A stretch of DNA of 64,000 bases from Candidatus Cloacimonadales bacterium. Its GTDB lineage: Bacteria; Cloacimonadota; Cloacimonadia; Cloacimonadales; DAONDQ01. The number at the start of each line of letters is the position of its first letter. The first letter of the stretch is position 1. A program made the translations under genes and the position numbers. The notes beneath the pieces are model-generated. The model was given only the letters and a program-made list of their open reading frames with translations. It had not been told where the DNA came from and did no database searches. Shown one piece after another: positions 19,951 through 29,393 of the stretch. Location of the stretch: assembly GCA_963662275.1 (NCBI GenBank), contig OY759316.1, positions 544,001 to 608,000 of the forward strand, written 5' to 3'.

Positions 19951-21051
19951 TTACTTTTTTGTCTTTTGAGATATTACTTGCTTATAGATACTTATGAATT
20001 CCTGATTCATTTGCTCAAGACTAAATTCACTTTCCACCTTCTTCTTACCCTTCATACCCATTTCCTTAATTTGATTTGGATTATCTAACAGGAATTCAAT
20101 TTTATCGGCAATGAATTGAGGTGATTTTTGAGGAGCTAGAAAACCTGTCTCTTGATCAGAGATGATTTCATTAGTTCCTCCTCCATTCGTAGCAATAACA
20201 GGTTTCCCTAAAGCCATAAATTCAAGTATAGCATTAGAAATTCCTTCTGTATAGGTCGATAAAACACCAATATCGCATATATTCATGATTTCTTCAACTT
20301 GGGTTTGTTTACCCAGGAATTTGATAAATGGATGATTCACATCTTGAATTGAAGCATGTAAATGCGGTAATTCAGGTCCATCTCCCACAGCCAGAAAGGT
20401 AACATCCTGCCTTTTCTTTAATATCATCTCAGCAGCAAGAAAATAGCTTTTATAGTCTTTACTTGCTCCCATTGATGCAACCATTCCTACAACAAAAGGT
20501 GTTTGTATTTCAAACTTTTTTCTAATGCTATCTATACCTTTAAGATTAGATGTCCTGGTGAAATCAAAGCCATTATGAATACAAAGGCTTTTATGAACCG
20601 GTGGATGATAATCCCTTAATCCTGCTTTGGAATTAGCAACAATCAGATCAACAAAAGGAAAAGTGATATTATTCCCAAACCAGTTTTTACTAAATGGTTT
20701 GATATATCCGGGAGAATTAACAATCTGGTTGGTTATCAATTTGATGCCAAGCAGCTTTACGGTTGGAAGAGCATAATAAGTACACATCGGACTCCAACTG
20801 TGAACAATATCAGGTTTTACGGATCTGCACAGCTTATAAAAACGCCAAAGAGGACTAGGGTCTTTCTTAATTTTATATGTCATAAAGTGAATCGGAATTC
20901 CTAACTGATAAATTAAGGGGTATTCAATATCTCGGCTCATCACTACAATTTCACAAGCTATACCTTGTTGAGCAAGAGTTTTTAACAATTCCACAATCCT
21001 ACGTTCTTTACCACCAGCACGCAGAATATCAGTAAAGAAAAGTATTCGCAT
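19951..21051 (-). CDS. Glycosyltransferase family 4
   Basis: GGKER, VGDGP, EGISNAILEFMALGKPVIAT. Confidence 0.9.
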   Translation of the reverse strand: MRILFFTDILRAGGKERRIVELLKTLAQQGIACEIVVMSRDIEYPLIYQLGIPIHFMTYKIKKDPSPLWRFYKLCRSVKPDIVHSWSPMCTYYALPTVKLLGIKLITNQIVNSPGYIKPFSKNWFGNNITFPFVDLIVANSKAGLRDYHPPVHKSLCIHNGFDFTRTSNLKGIDSIRKKFEIQTPFVVGMVASMGASKDYKSYFLAAEMILKKRQDVTFLAVGDGPELPHLHASIQDVNHPFIKFLGKQTQVEEIMNICDIGVLSTYTEGISNAILEFMALGKPVIATNGGGTNEIISDQETGFLAPQKSPQFIADKIEFLLDNPNQIKEMGMKGKKKVESEFSLEQMNQEFISIYKQVISQKTKK

Positions 21052-21081
21052 AATACTTAATCTACCTTTGAATTGTCTTTG

Positions 21082-22161
21082 TTAAGGTTTAGCTTGAATA
21101 TGTGCATAATGTCCTGTAGGTTTTAGTTCAGGGTTTTTTAAATTCGGCATACCTAGAGCATGAGCAAGTTCCATATACTGAGTACAATAATTTCCATCAT
21201 GCCATTTTAAGTCCCTGTCCCAATAACCTTGAGACCATTCAGGATAGTCACCATAACAATAACTTATCTCCACTAGACAAGGTTCTTTTTGCTCATCATA
21301 GATAAAATCAAAAGCCATTACCTGGTAATTATTTCGAATCGATATTTCTAAGGCTATCTTTAAAAAACGCTGATCTATTTGTTCCCTGTCGCTACTCCAG
21401 TTATCACTTCCTGAGGCACGGAAATCATTTTTTCTGACAAATCGGCGAAAAGCATAAACCTTATCACCTACAGTCGTGACACGTGTATCCCATTGATTAT
21501 TGGGATAGAATTTCTGAAAATAAACGTAATTCTTGTGGATACGCCAAAATTGCTTGGTAGCTTGACCTGTTAAACTGCGCAGTAAAGTACTGCCAAAACG
21601 ACGGATTTCCTTTTTTAGCTTAAAATGGCTAAAACGTGTTGTACCTGGAAGTGGTATTCTTCCAGTTAAAACACCTTTTCCAAATAGTCTATGCGTAATA
21701 AATTCTGCCTGCTCTTTATTTTTGAGAAGTACAACTGAGCTTGACCCAGCTCCACCCTTTAATTTGAATACGAGTGGAAATTGAGCTTTCTGCAGCCAAT
21801 TGATGGCTTCTTTCTCATCCCAAAACACCCAGGATTCAGCGACAGGATAACCTTGGGATTTGAGTAACAGAAACTGCCTGATCTTATCGTCATAATGCCA
21901 GCAAGTGGATTGATTCGGGAGACATGTGATGCCATAATTATTCTCAATAATTGGTAATATCGTTTCTGCGCATTCCTTAAAGTCATCTGTATGTCCATAA
22001 TGATAAATAAACAAATCCAATTTAGGGACAATATCCCAAAAATCTGCTTGACTAGCATCTAATCGAATATGTTTAATATCATTAAAATCTAGTACCTTTT
22101 CGAATTTTTCCAAATACTCAGAGAATTTACCATATGGATCTTTATGAATTCCAACTAACAT
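21082..22161 (-). CDS. RimK-like ATP-grasp ligase
   Basis: YDDKIRQ, FPLVFKLKGGAGSSSV, YFQKF, DTRV, DFRASGS, AFDF, VEIS. Confidence 0.8.
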   Translation of the reverse strand: MLVGIHKDPYGKFSEYLEKFEKVLDFNDIKHIRLDASQADFWDIVPKLDLFIYHYGHTDDFKECAETILPIIENNYGITCLPNQSTCWHYDDKIRQFLLLKSQGYPVAESWVFWDEKEAINWLQKAQFPLVFKLKGGAGSSSVVLLKNKEQAEFITHRLFGKGVLTGRIPLPGTTRFSHFKLKKEIRRFGSTLLRSLTGQATKQFWRIHKNYVYFQKFYPNNQWDTRVTTVGDKVYAFRRFVRKNDFRASGSDNWSSDREQIDQRFLKIALEISIRNNYQVMAFDFIYDEQKEPCLVEISYCYGDYPEWSQGYWDRDLKWHDGNYCTQYMELAHALGMPNLKNPELKPTGHYAHIQAKP

Positions 22162-22324
22162 TCTGCCTCAATAATTCAGTATTTTTGCCTGATTTCATGA
22201 AAAAGTCATTTATATCATAAAATTTGGAATTAATTGAATCAGTCAAGTAATTTTGGAATTTTGGATTTCTATAATGACCCGCATCTAATATTTGTATTAA
22301 CTTTTATAACTCTCTCACATATGA

Positions 22325-22395
22325 GCACTACGGTACCAATACGGTAGCATTACGGTAGCATTACGGTAAAAAACCGTAATGCTACCGTAATGGTA
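22325..22395. repeat. 11-bp tandem repeats forming a perfect 20-bp palindrome
   Basis: (GCATTACGGTA-like)x4; arms 22348-22367 and 22373-22392 are exact reverse complements around A5. Confidence 0.9.
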
Positions 22396-22558
22396 TAGCA
22401 ATCCAACCATATTTCTTTCATGGTGACAGAGTGAAGAAGCAATGGAAATGAGCTGAGACTTTTGGTGTGACTTTTGGAGTTCAGTTTCCCAAGCTAATTA
22501 TCATGGTATACCTGGCTAAAAGGGCAAATGGACTTTACAAGAAAGCTAGGAGCAGGTT

Positions 22559-22671
22559 CATTGAGTGATTTCGACGAAGAAGAAATTGTATCGAAATGAC
22601 CCAATGTGACACTATAAGGTTGTGCAATGTCGTCTCCTCGATACAAATAGATAAATCTGTTCACTCGGAGA
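22559..22671. repeat. REP-like inverted pair of imperfect hairpins
   Basis: GAGTGA...TTGTATCGA (22563-22594) mirrored by TCGATACAA...TCACTC (22638-22666). Confidence 0.5.
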
Positions 22672-22677
22672 ACTCAG

Positions 22678-22758
22678 CTTTCATCCTCGGTAGCGAAAAT
22701 CCTTTTCAGGGAAGTTCAGATGCGTCCTTTCATTACCGGTAGCGAAAACCTGTTTTCA
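22678..22758. repeat. Two ~31-bp direct repeats
   Basis: CTTTCAT-N3-CGGTAGCGAAAA-N3/4-TTTTCA at 22678 and 22727. Confidence 0.75.
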
Positions 22759-22788
22759 ATTAAGTCCAAATCGTAGAGAAGCTAGTTA

Positions 22789-24021
22789 CTATTTTCTTTT
22801 TGCAGATTTCAACTCTATTAAGAATTGTGATAGTTTACCGAAAGTCTGTTCCAGGGAAAAATTTGCTATGGCATGTTCTCTACAGGCTTGAGACATCTTA
22901 TCTCGTAAAGATGGGTCAGATACAATTAGCAAAGCTTTGTCTGCAATCTCTTGATCTGACTCACCAAGATAACCTTGTTTACCATCTACAAAATCAACAC
23001 TCTGCAAGGCGTTTTCAGTTCCGACAATAGGAACACCCAATGACATAACTTCAACGATTCTTCCCCGAAACCCGGAACCAGTTTCCAAAGGAAGTAACAG
23101 AACCTGCCCTAGCGTAATATAAGGCATGATATCATCAACGTGTCCTGTTACAATAATATTATTCAGATTATATTTACTGAGGATATCTTGAGGAGGATTA
23201 TTACCGACAACATAGAGTTTTAAATCGGGAATGCTCTTTCTCATTCTTGGTAAAATACCTGATAAAATCCTTTCGAGAGCTAATCGATTAAATTCATTGG
23301 CTAAGGCACCATAAAATAAAATACAATTTGGAGAAGCCTGTACATCTTGATAATGAAGAAAGCGGGATAAATCCTGACCGTTGATCGTTACATTGACTTG
23401 GACGTTTCGATCCCACTCATGAATCATCACTTCCTGTTTAGCTGAATTAACAACGATCAGATCGGATTGCAGAAAATATTGTCTTTGTAGTTTCAGACTA
23501 TGATTGAGTTCAGCTTTGAAACCAATTCTTTTTAGTAATGGAATGATACATTTATCCTGATGTTCAATGACTTCTTCCACAACATAGTGAGTATCAATGA
23601 TTTTAAGGGTCTTTTGTGGCAGTTGTTTAAAGATTATCCCAACAAACCAGTAATGAATCAAAACAGCATCGACTTTGTTCTCTGATGCTAAATTCAATAT
23701 TTGAGTTTGAATGGACTTTGAGCTGATGGCAATCTCTTCCATACTCAGTACTGAAAAAGTGTAAATGAATTTTCTATAGAGTAAATACAAGGCACGGAAT
23801 AATTTCGACTTACCATAGTTCAAGCTTTTGATGGGTTGATAAGTAATCCCAGTTCCTGCCAAATTCTCCTGGCTAAGTTTCATTTGCTCCGGTTTTGAAA
23901 CAAAATCAGTAAAGATAATCTCATGCTCTCTTGCAAAAGCATTGATCTGGTTGACTACCCGCACTTGGCTCATACCCTGTATGGGATAGAGCTGACCGGG
24001 AAAAACGACCAATATCTTCAT
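22789..24021 (-). CDS. Glycosyltransferase family 4
   Basis: VVGNNPP, TGHVDD, GSGFRGRIVEVMSLGVPIVGT. Confidence 0.85.
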   Translation of the reverse strand: MKILVVFPGQLYPIQGMSQVRVVNQINAFAREHEIIFTDFVSKPEQMKLSQENLAGTGITYQPIKSLNYGKSKLFRALYLLYRKFIYTFSVLSMEEIAISSKSIQTQILNLASENKVDAVLIHYWFVGIIFKQLPQKTLKIIDTHYVVEEVIEHQDKCIIPLLKRIGFKAELNHSLKLQRQYFLQSDLIVVNSAKQEVMIHEWDRNVQVNVTINGQDLSRFLHYQDVQASPNCILFYGALANEFNRLALERILSGILPRMRKSIPDLKLYVVGNNPPQDILSKYNLNNIIVTGHVDDIMPYITLGQVLLLPLETGSGFRGRIVEVMSLGVPIVGTENALQSVDFVDGKQGYLGESDQEIADKALLIVSDPSLRDKMSQACREHAIANFSLEQTFGKLSQFLIELKSAKRK

Positions 24022-25332
24022 TTACCAGCAAATACCAATATAATTATCTGCTGAAGTTTTTTTAATAGTTCGAGTTAAGTCGATAAATGTTTTATCCGGG
24101 AATAGGGTCAGATACTTCCCAAAATCTGTGGATTTACGATTGAAAACAACAGTATCAGCCCAACTTACCACTTCTTTTATGGTTTGACATAGCATTTCTT
24201 GTAAGTCTGGAAGATTTTGCTCTATGAATTCTTTATTGGCTCCCGTTGACAATGCTTCATGAACATAATCATCATAAAATCTGATTTCATATCCTTTTTT
24301 AATCAATGTATGCAGAACACTGATCATGGGACTATAACGCAAATCATCAGTTCCTTGCTTAAAGGCGACGCCTAATATTCCAATCTTTTTATGACCGGTT
24401 TGTTCTATCATTTCTGTTACCAGGGTAATTTGATATTGATTGCTATTTTCTATAGAATCCAGAACTGGTGATTGAAGATTTTTGTCATGCGCCATTGTTT
24501 TTAAAGCTTTCAGGTCTTTGGGAAGACAAGAGCCACCATATGCAAATCCGGGTTTAAAATAGTATGATGATATATTCAGTTGCTTATCTTGACAGAATAA
24601 ATCCATCACTACATGAGAATCAATATTCTGTTGTTTACAGATATTCCCTACTTCATTAGCGAAAGTTACTTTCAGGGCATGATAGCTATTATTCACATAT
24701 TTGATAATTTCAGCAGGCAGTATCTCAGTTCTGATAAATTTACCATTTACTTTCTTATACAGTTCTTTCATAATTTCAGCAGCTTTGTCACTATCTGTCC
24801 CTATGAGTGTAAAAGGCGGATGGAAATAATCATATACAGCTTTACCTTCCCGAAGAAATTCAGGATTTGAAACAACATCAAAATCAGTTCCTCTTTGTTT
24901 TCCGGATATTTCTGTTATGATCTTCCCCACAGTTTCATTTGTTTTCGGTAATACCGTACTACGAATAGCTATGACGTGATATTGATTTTTATCCTTCAAG
25001 ACCTCACCAATCTGTTTTGCTGTTTGATATATATAATCTAGATTCAAGCTGCCATGTTCTGTGGATGGTGTTCCGACACAAATAATTGAAACATCGCTGT
25101 TCAAAACAGCATCATAATACTCCGTGGAAGCAGAAATCATCTGTTTATCAAATTGCTCTTTTACGATCCGGTCAATATCTTTTTCCACAATCGTTGCTTT
25201 TCCACTATTGATCAAATCGACTCTTGACTTTTGAACATCAATTCCTATTATTCTAAAACCATTCTGGGCTAAACAGCCGAGACTAACACAACCAACATAT
25301 CCTAAACCAAAAATAGAAATAGTCTTAGTCAT
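24022..25332 (-). CDS. Nucleotide-sugar 6-dehydrogenase, GDP-mannose dehydrogenase (AlgD)-like
   Basis: ISIFGLGYVG, ICVGTPS, NPEFLRE, KVTFANE, KPGFAYGGSCLPKD, FKQGTDDLR. Confidence 0.85.
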   Translation of the reverse strand: MTKTISIFGLGYVGCVSLGCLAQNGFRIIGIDVQKSRVDLINSGKATIVEKDIDRIVKEQFDKQMISASTEYYDAVLNSDVSIICVGTPSTEHGSLNLDYIYQTAKQIGEVLKDKNQYHVIAIRSTVLPKTNETVGKIITEISGKQRGTDFDVVSNPEFLREGKAVYDYFHPPFTLIGTDSDKAAEIMKELYKKVNGKFIRTEILPAEIIKYVNNSYHALKVTFANEVGNICKQQNIDSHVVMDLFCQDKQLNISSYYFKPGFAYGGSCLPKDLKALKTMAHDKNLQSPVLDSIENSNQYQITLVTEMIEQTGHKKIGILGVAFKQGTDDLRYSPMISVLHTLIKKGYEIRFYDDYVHEALSTGANKEFIEQNLPDLQEMLCQTIKEVVSWADTVVFNRKSTDFGKYLTLFPDKTFIDLTRTIKKTSADNYIGICW

Positions 25333-25660
25333 ACATACTCCATTTATTCATTATTTACTTTTGTATATTTTTCCAAATTTTCTATTTATTCTCAAAAAAG
25401 GTGACTCTTCTTTCTAGAATGACTCTACTCAATGTAAAGGGAATATCTGGAAAGCTAGCATTCAATACCTATGTTAAGAAAGAATTAACCCCATCCGAAT
25501 CATCTATTTATCTTTGAGAAATTTAAAATGCAGTTGATTTTATTTAATACTCAACTGTAAAGGAAAAAAAAAGTGAAGAAAAAAACCGTCAAGATAATTC
25601 ATCTGACTACCTCGATAGATTCCTTACGCTGTTGTTTGTTCCGCTTACATCATGGCAATT

Positions 25661-27265
25661 TTACTCAGGAGGAATTTGTTCATCTGTTTTTTCCGCCGAG
25701 TAACCCTTTGGAACAATTTCAGAAACTACATAATTCTTCATTTTACGGGGACTCAATAAACTGAGAATTAACAGAATGTCGTCTTTTTTAAAAATGTGAG
25801 TTACCCATAGAATTCCATATACTGCCCCAAAATACAAGAAAGGAAAAATAAAACGGATGTAATGTCCGGATTGTCCAAAAGCCATTTGGGGGGTAACTTC
25901 GGGGTTGAGAATCATATATCTGAAATAATACATGGGATTCCCTAATATGAAACGGTAGATAAAGAACATGATCACTGATATTGAAATAATTAGAGTAGAG
26001 ACAGGTAAATTTGTAAACAAATTCAGACTGGGTATTTTCTTTTTTGCATAATACCGATTCCAAACAGCAGTCATAATATACGTGGCTAAAAGTGCTATTG
26101 CTGCTCCATGAACAGCCATATTCAACATGGAAGGATGAATAAAGAAAACTAATATCGCTACAAAAAAAACAACCGTGATGATATTCCAGACAGCATCCAG
26201 GACAAAGAAGCCCATACCTGTCAGGATATTTCCATAGGGCATTGATTGCATATCTATATATAAACCCAATGTGATTAAGCTCAGTGGAATTACAGAAGGT
26301 AAGTACTTCGTACCTAATAACCAATATACAATCGTATCGGAATAAATAATGATGAACATCACTGCTGGTAAAACAATAAAATCAGAGAATCTTTCAAAAA
26401 TAGTAATCTTGGCTTTGATAAACTCCCAATCTTGGAGAGCAGCAGCTTTAGAGAATAAAGGGAAAAAAAGCATACCAATACTAGCACCAATAATCGATAT
26501 AAATCCCCCTAATCGAAAACTAGCACCATAGTAACCTACCTGCTCGGAATTAGTATAAAACTGGAGTAATACTTTATCCAGGTTAAAAATCATGGAGGAA
26601 GCAAAACCAAGTATCACAACAGGAATTGCGATCTTAAAATATGCTTTAGCAAGTTCCTTATCATAACGACCTCTTGGATACCCTTTGAATAAGTATGTAA
26701 TCCAAACGGCGAGTAACATGATAGATGCTAAATTCACTATTGCTAGCGATTTTGCTCTAAGTCCAATTAAAACAAGGATGATACGGGCAATCTGCGATAA
26801 AATGTTACGAACAAGCTCAGGGATATCCTGTTTCGCTTGTTCTACACGCGCCGCAAAAGTAGTTTTAGCTACTCCTATTAAAGCTTGAATACTGTTTGTT
26901 AATGTAAAAACAATGATCACAAAGATATGGTCAGAAGATTCAAAATTCGTATGTAGTATGAATTTCTGAAACGCAAAAAATCCCATTGTAACAAGGATAA
27001 ATAAGATTGTAGTTAAATAATTCAAGTTTCGATAAGTTGTGACGCAATCTCCGAGATTCCTTCCTTCCGAGATCATCTTCATATGAGCACTACCCAAACC
27101 GAAAGTCGAAATAAAAGAAAACATGTTTACATAAGATAAACCGAATGCAATAGTTCCTAATACTGATGGTCCGGCAACTCTTGCCACAATAATACTTGCT
27201 ACCATTTGCACAAATTGACCAACGATCTGAGTCGAGTAGCTCAGAACAAATTTCTGTTTTAACAC
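25661..27265 (-). CDS. wzx: Wzx-type oligosaccharide flippase
   Basis: Many TM segments; ARVAGPSVLG, DKVLLQ...VGYYGAS. Confidence 0.82.
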   Translation of the reverse strand: MLKQKFVLSYSTQIVGQFVQMVASIIVARVAGPSVLGTIAFGLSYVNMFSFISTFGLGSAHMKMISEGRNLGDCVTTYRNLNYLTTILFILVTMGFFAFQKFILHTNFESSDHIFVIIVFTLTNSIQALIGVAKTTFAARVEQAKQDIPELVRNILSQIARIILVLIGLRAKSLAIVNLASIMLLAVWITYLFKGYPRGRYDKELAKAYFKIAIPVVILGFASSMIFNLDKVLLQFYTNSEQVGYYGASFRLGGFISIIGASIGMLFFPLFSKAAALQDWEFIKAKITIFERFSDFIVLPAVMFIIIYSDTIVYWLLGTKYLPSVIPLSLITLGLYIDMQSMPYGNILTGMGFFVLDAVWNIITVVFFVAILVFFIHPSMLNMAVHGAAIALLATYIMTAVWNRYYAKKKIPSLNLFTNLPVSTLIISISVIMFFIYRFILGNPMYYFRYMILNPEVTPQMAFGQSGHYIRFIFPFLYFGAVYGILWVTHIFKKDDILLILSLLSPRKMKNYVVSEIVPKGYSAEKTDEQIPPE

Positions 27266-27359
27266 TTTTTTATTTTATCCTTTCCGTTGTAGGGAGCATC
27301 TGCCTATTTTGCATATAGTTATAAGATAGGTTAAGTTATGAAATTTCTATCATTATACT

Positions 27360-28358
27360 CTATTTACCAGGAGTTAGATACTTCTGTAACTTGGCTATAA
27401 TCTTGAAACTTAGTTTTGAAGTCACCATATGATAGAATGGAACAACATGATTCGTTATCTCTAACTTATAGAAAGCGAGCTGAGGAAGATTTTCTTCATC
27501 AATTACACATAAATCAATGTAGGAGAATCCATTTTGCTTAGCCCAAGCTATGCTCTCCCAATCGATGGCTTCAGAGAGACCAATGGATGGTGCATTATAT
27601 CGAACTGCTCCAGCCCAAAGATGCATATAAAACTTGTTTCCAATAACGATATTACCAGCAAGAACTTCACCATCCCTTTCGGCAACAATAATGCATGCTT
27701 GATTTTTGGGAGCATAATAATCTATTACTTTACGATAATAATCATCCGGTTTATCCGGTCTATTGATTTTTTGATAGAGATCTTTGATGCAAGGTAAGAG
27801 TATTTCTAATCCTTCAGCCCCATACCTCTTCATGACAACGCCTTCTTTTTGAGATTTCCTGACTCGTTTTCGTCGTGATGGTTTCAGTGAGTTATTCCAA
27901 ATGTCTTCTTCTGTTTGAGAAAGGTCTATAATCGGTGTTGACAAGCGTTTTACGGGAAGTTTTGTTTGTTGAAATGAATCAGTTGGAAATTGAATGGAAG
28001 AAAAATAAATCCCCGATTCATTTATACCGTACTTCATGCCTTGTATCAATTCGTCATGAGTAACCATAGAAGAATTAAAAATCCATCCTCCAAAGGGAAC
28101 ACTTAAATGTGTTGGACTTGAATAAGAATACTTTAAAAAACCTCGCTTTTCCGTATGCATGGGGCAAAATCCAATCATCGTACCAGTTGAGGATAGAGCA
28201 ATCCAGTAAGACAGTTCTGTATTAAAAGTTTCCTGAACGATCTGGTTAAATTTGGTTTCATGAAAGATTAATCCACCGAACTCGACATTTATTTTTTCGA
28301 TTTTCTGGATTTCATCTTGAGATAGATCAGTATATTGTTTTCGAATCATTTTTATCAT
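27360..28358 (-). CDS. FemAB/FemX-like double-GNAT protein
   Basis: IIDLSQTEEDIW...RKRVRKSQKEGV, WESIAWAKQNGFSYIDL; ATGA overlap with upstream GT2 and GGAGG RBS. Confidence 0.75.
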   Translation of the reverse strand: MIKMIRKQYTDLSQDEIQKIEKINVEFGGLIFHETKFNQIVQETFNTELSYWIALSSTGTMIGFCPMHTEKRGFLKYSYSSPTHLSVPFGGWIFNSSMVTHDELIQGMKYGINESGIYFSSIQFPTDSFQQTKLPVKRLSTPIIDLSQTEEDIWNNSLKPSRRKRVRKSQKEGVVMKRYGAEGLEILLPCIKDLYQKINRPDKPDDYYRKVIDYYAPKNQACIIVAERDGEVLAGNIVIGNKFYMHLWAGAVRYNAPSIGLSEAIDWESIAWAKQNGFSYIDLCVIDEENLPQLAFYKLEITNHVVPFYHMVTSKLSFKIIAKLQKYLTPGK

Positions 28359-29278
28359 ATAAAATGCCTCCATGTTAATTGATGGTTCCTAACTCCCCAG
28401 TATAAACCAGAGATTAGACCTCGACATTGATTTATTGCAATATCCAGTTTGAATGAAAATATGTTTTTTAATATATTTTTTACAAGTCTGGGAAAATACT
28501 CATGGAAATATCGTTTAAAAAACTCTGGAGTCTGATGCATCATGATCACAAGCATCCGGTTTCTAGCATCATAATATGCCTTTATACCTGAATTTTTTCC
28601 AATTGTCATACTGGCTTTGTGCCATAATTTCGCATAAGGAGTATAGTATATTTTGAAACCATTTTTTTTTGCTCTGGCTTGCCATTCAAAATCTTCTGCC
28701 TGAAGGAAAAAATTAAGATCATATCCACCAGTAATTTCGTACATCTCCCTTTTAACTAACCAGAAGATATCATCACAAAAAGCCCTTTCAGCGATTTGAT
28801 CATATTGACCCAGATCAATTTCGTTACTACCCATGGAACTTCCGCTCCAATATACAGGATGTATTTCCCTTCCCACAGTTTGAAGAACTGTTGGTTTATC
28901 AAAATGATAAACTTTTCCAATCACGAAACCAATACATGTTTCCGTGATAGCAACTCTCACGAGTTCAGAAATGATATGTTCATCTACCTTTACATCATTA
29001 TTGGTAATCAGGGAAAAGTCCGCTTTTTGCTCTTCAAAAGCATATTTCATACCGATATTGAAACCACCGGAATACCCCAGATTAATTTCAGAACGAATAA
29101 TTTTGACACTAGGAAAATTAGCCTTTAGATAATCCACTGATCCATCTGACGATCCATTATCAATGACAACTACTTCAAAGTTGTCGTAATCATTTGCTAA
29201 ATATGAGGAGACAGCATCTTCTAAAAGATTTTTACCATTATAATTTAACATCAGAACAATGATGCGAGGATTTGACAA
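28355..29278 (-). CDS. Glycosyltransferase family 2
   Basis: LNYNG, VIDNGSSDGS, NLGYSGGFN, NNDV, FFLQAED. Confidence 0.9.
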   Translation of the reverse strand: MSNPRIIVLMLNYNGKNLLEDAVSSYLANDYDNFEVVVIDNGSSDGSVDYLKANFPSVKIIRSEINLGYSGGFNIGMKYAFEEQKADFSLITNNDVKVDEHIISELVRVAITETCIGFVIGKVYHFDKPTVLQTVGREIHPVYWSGSSMGSNEIDLGQYDQIAERAFCDDIFWLVKREMYEITGGYDLNFFLQAEDFEWQARAKKNGFKIYYTPYAKLWHKASMTIGKNSGIKAYYDARNRMLVIMMHQTPEFFKRYFHEYFPRLVKNILKNIFSFKLDIAINQCRGLISGLYWGVRNHQLTWRHFI

Positions 29279-29393
29279 GATATTCTCCGCTACAACTTGA
29301 TAGAGATTCTTAAAACATCGGGTTTGTAATCAATTTCTCTATCATGTGATTCTTTCCAAAAACGGGTGAAAATAGTTTTCCATATTTTAAGCA

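Noticed and set aside
22325..22758. CRISPR array or RfaH ops/JUMPstart element suggested by repeats containing CGGTAGC
   Set aside because: No repeat-spacer periodicity or cas genes; ops needs GGCGGTAG on the sense strand, whereas these lack the GG and lie mostly antisense to the operon
28662..28670. T9 homopolymer in GT2 as a phase-variation tract
   Set aside because: Gene is in frame and A/T runs of 8-9 are common in this AT-rich sequence
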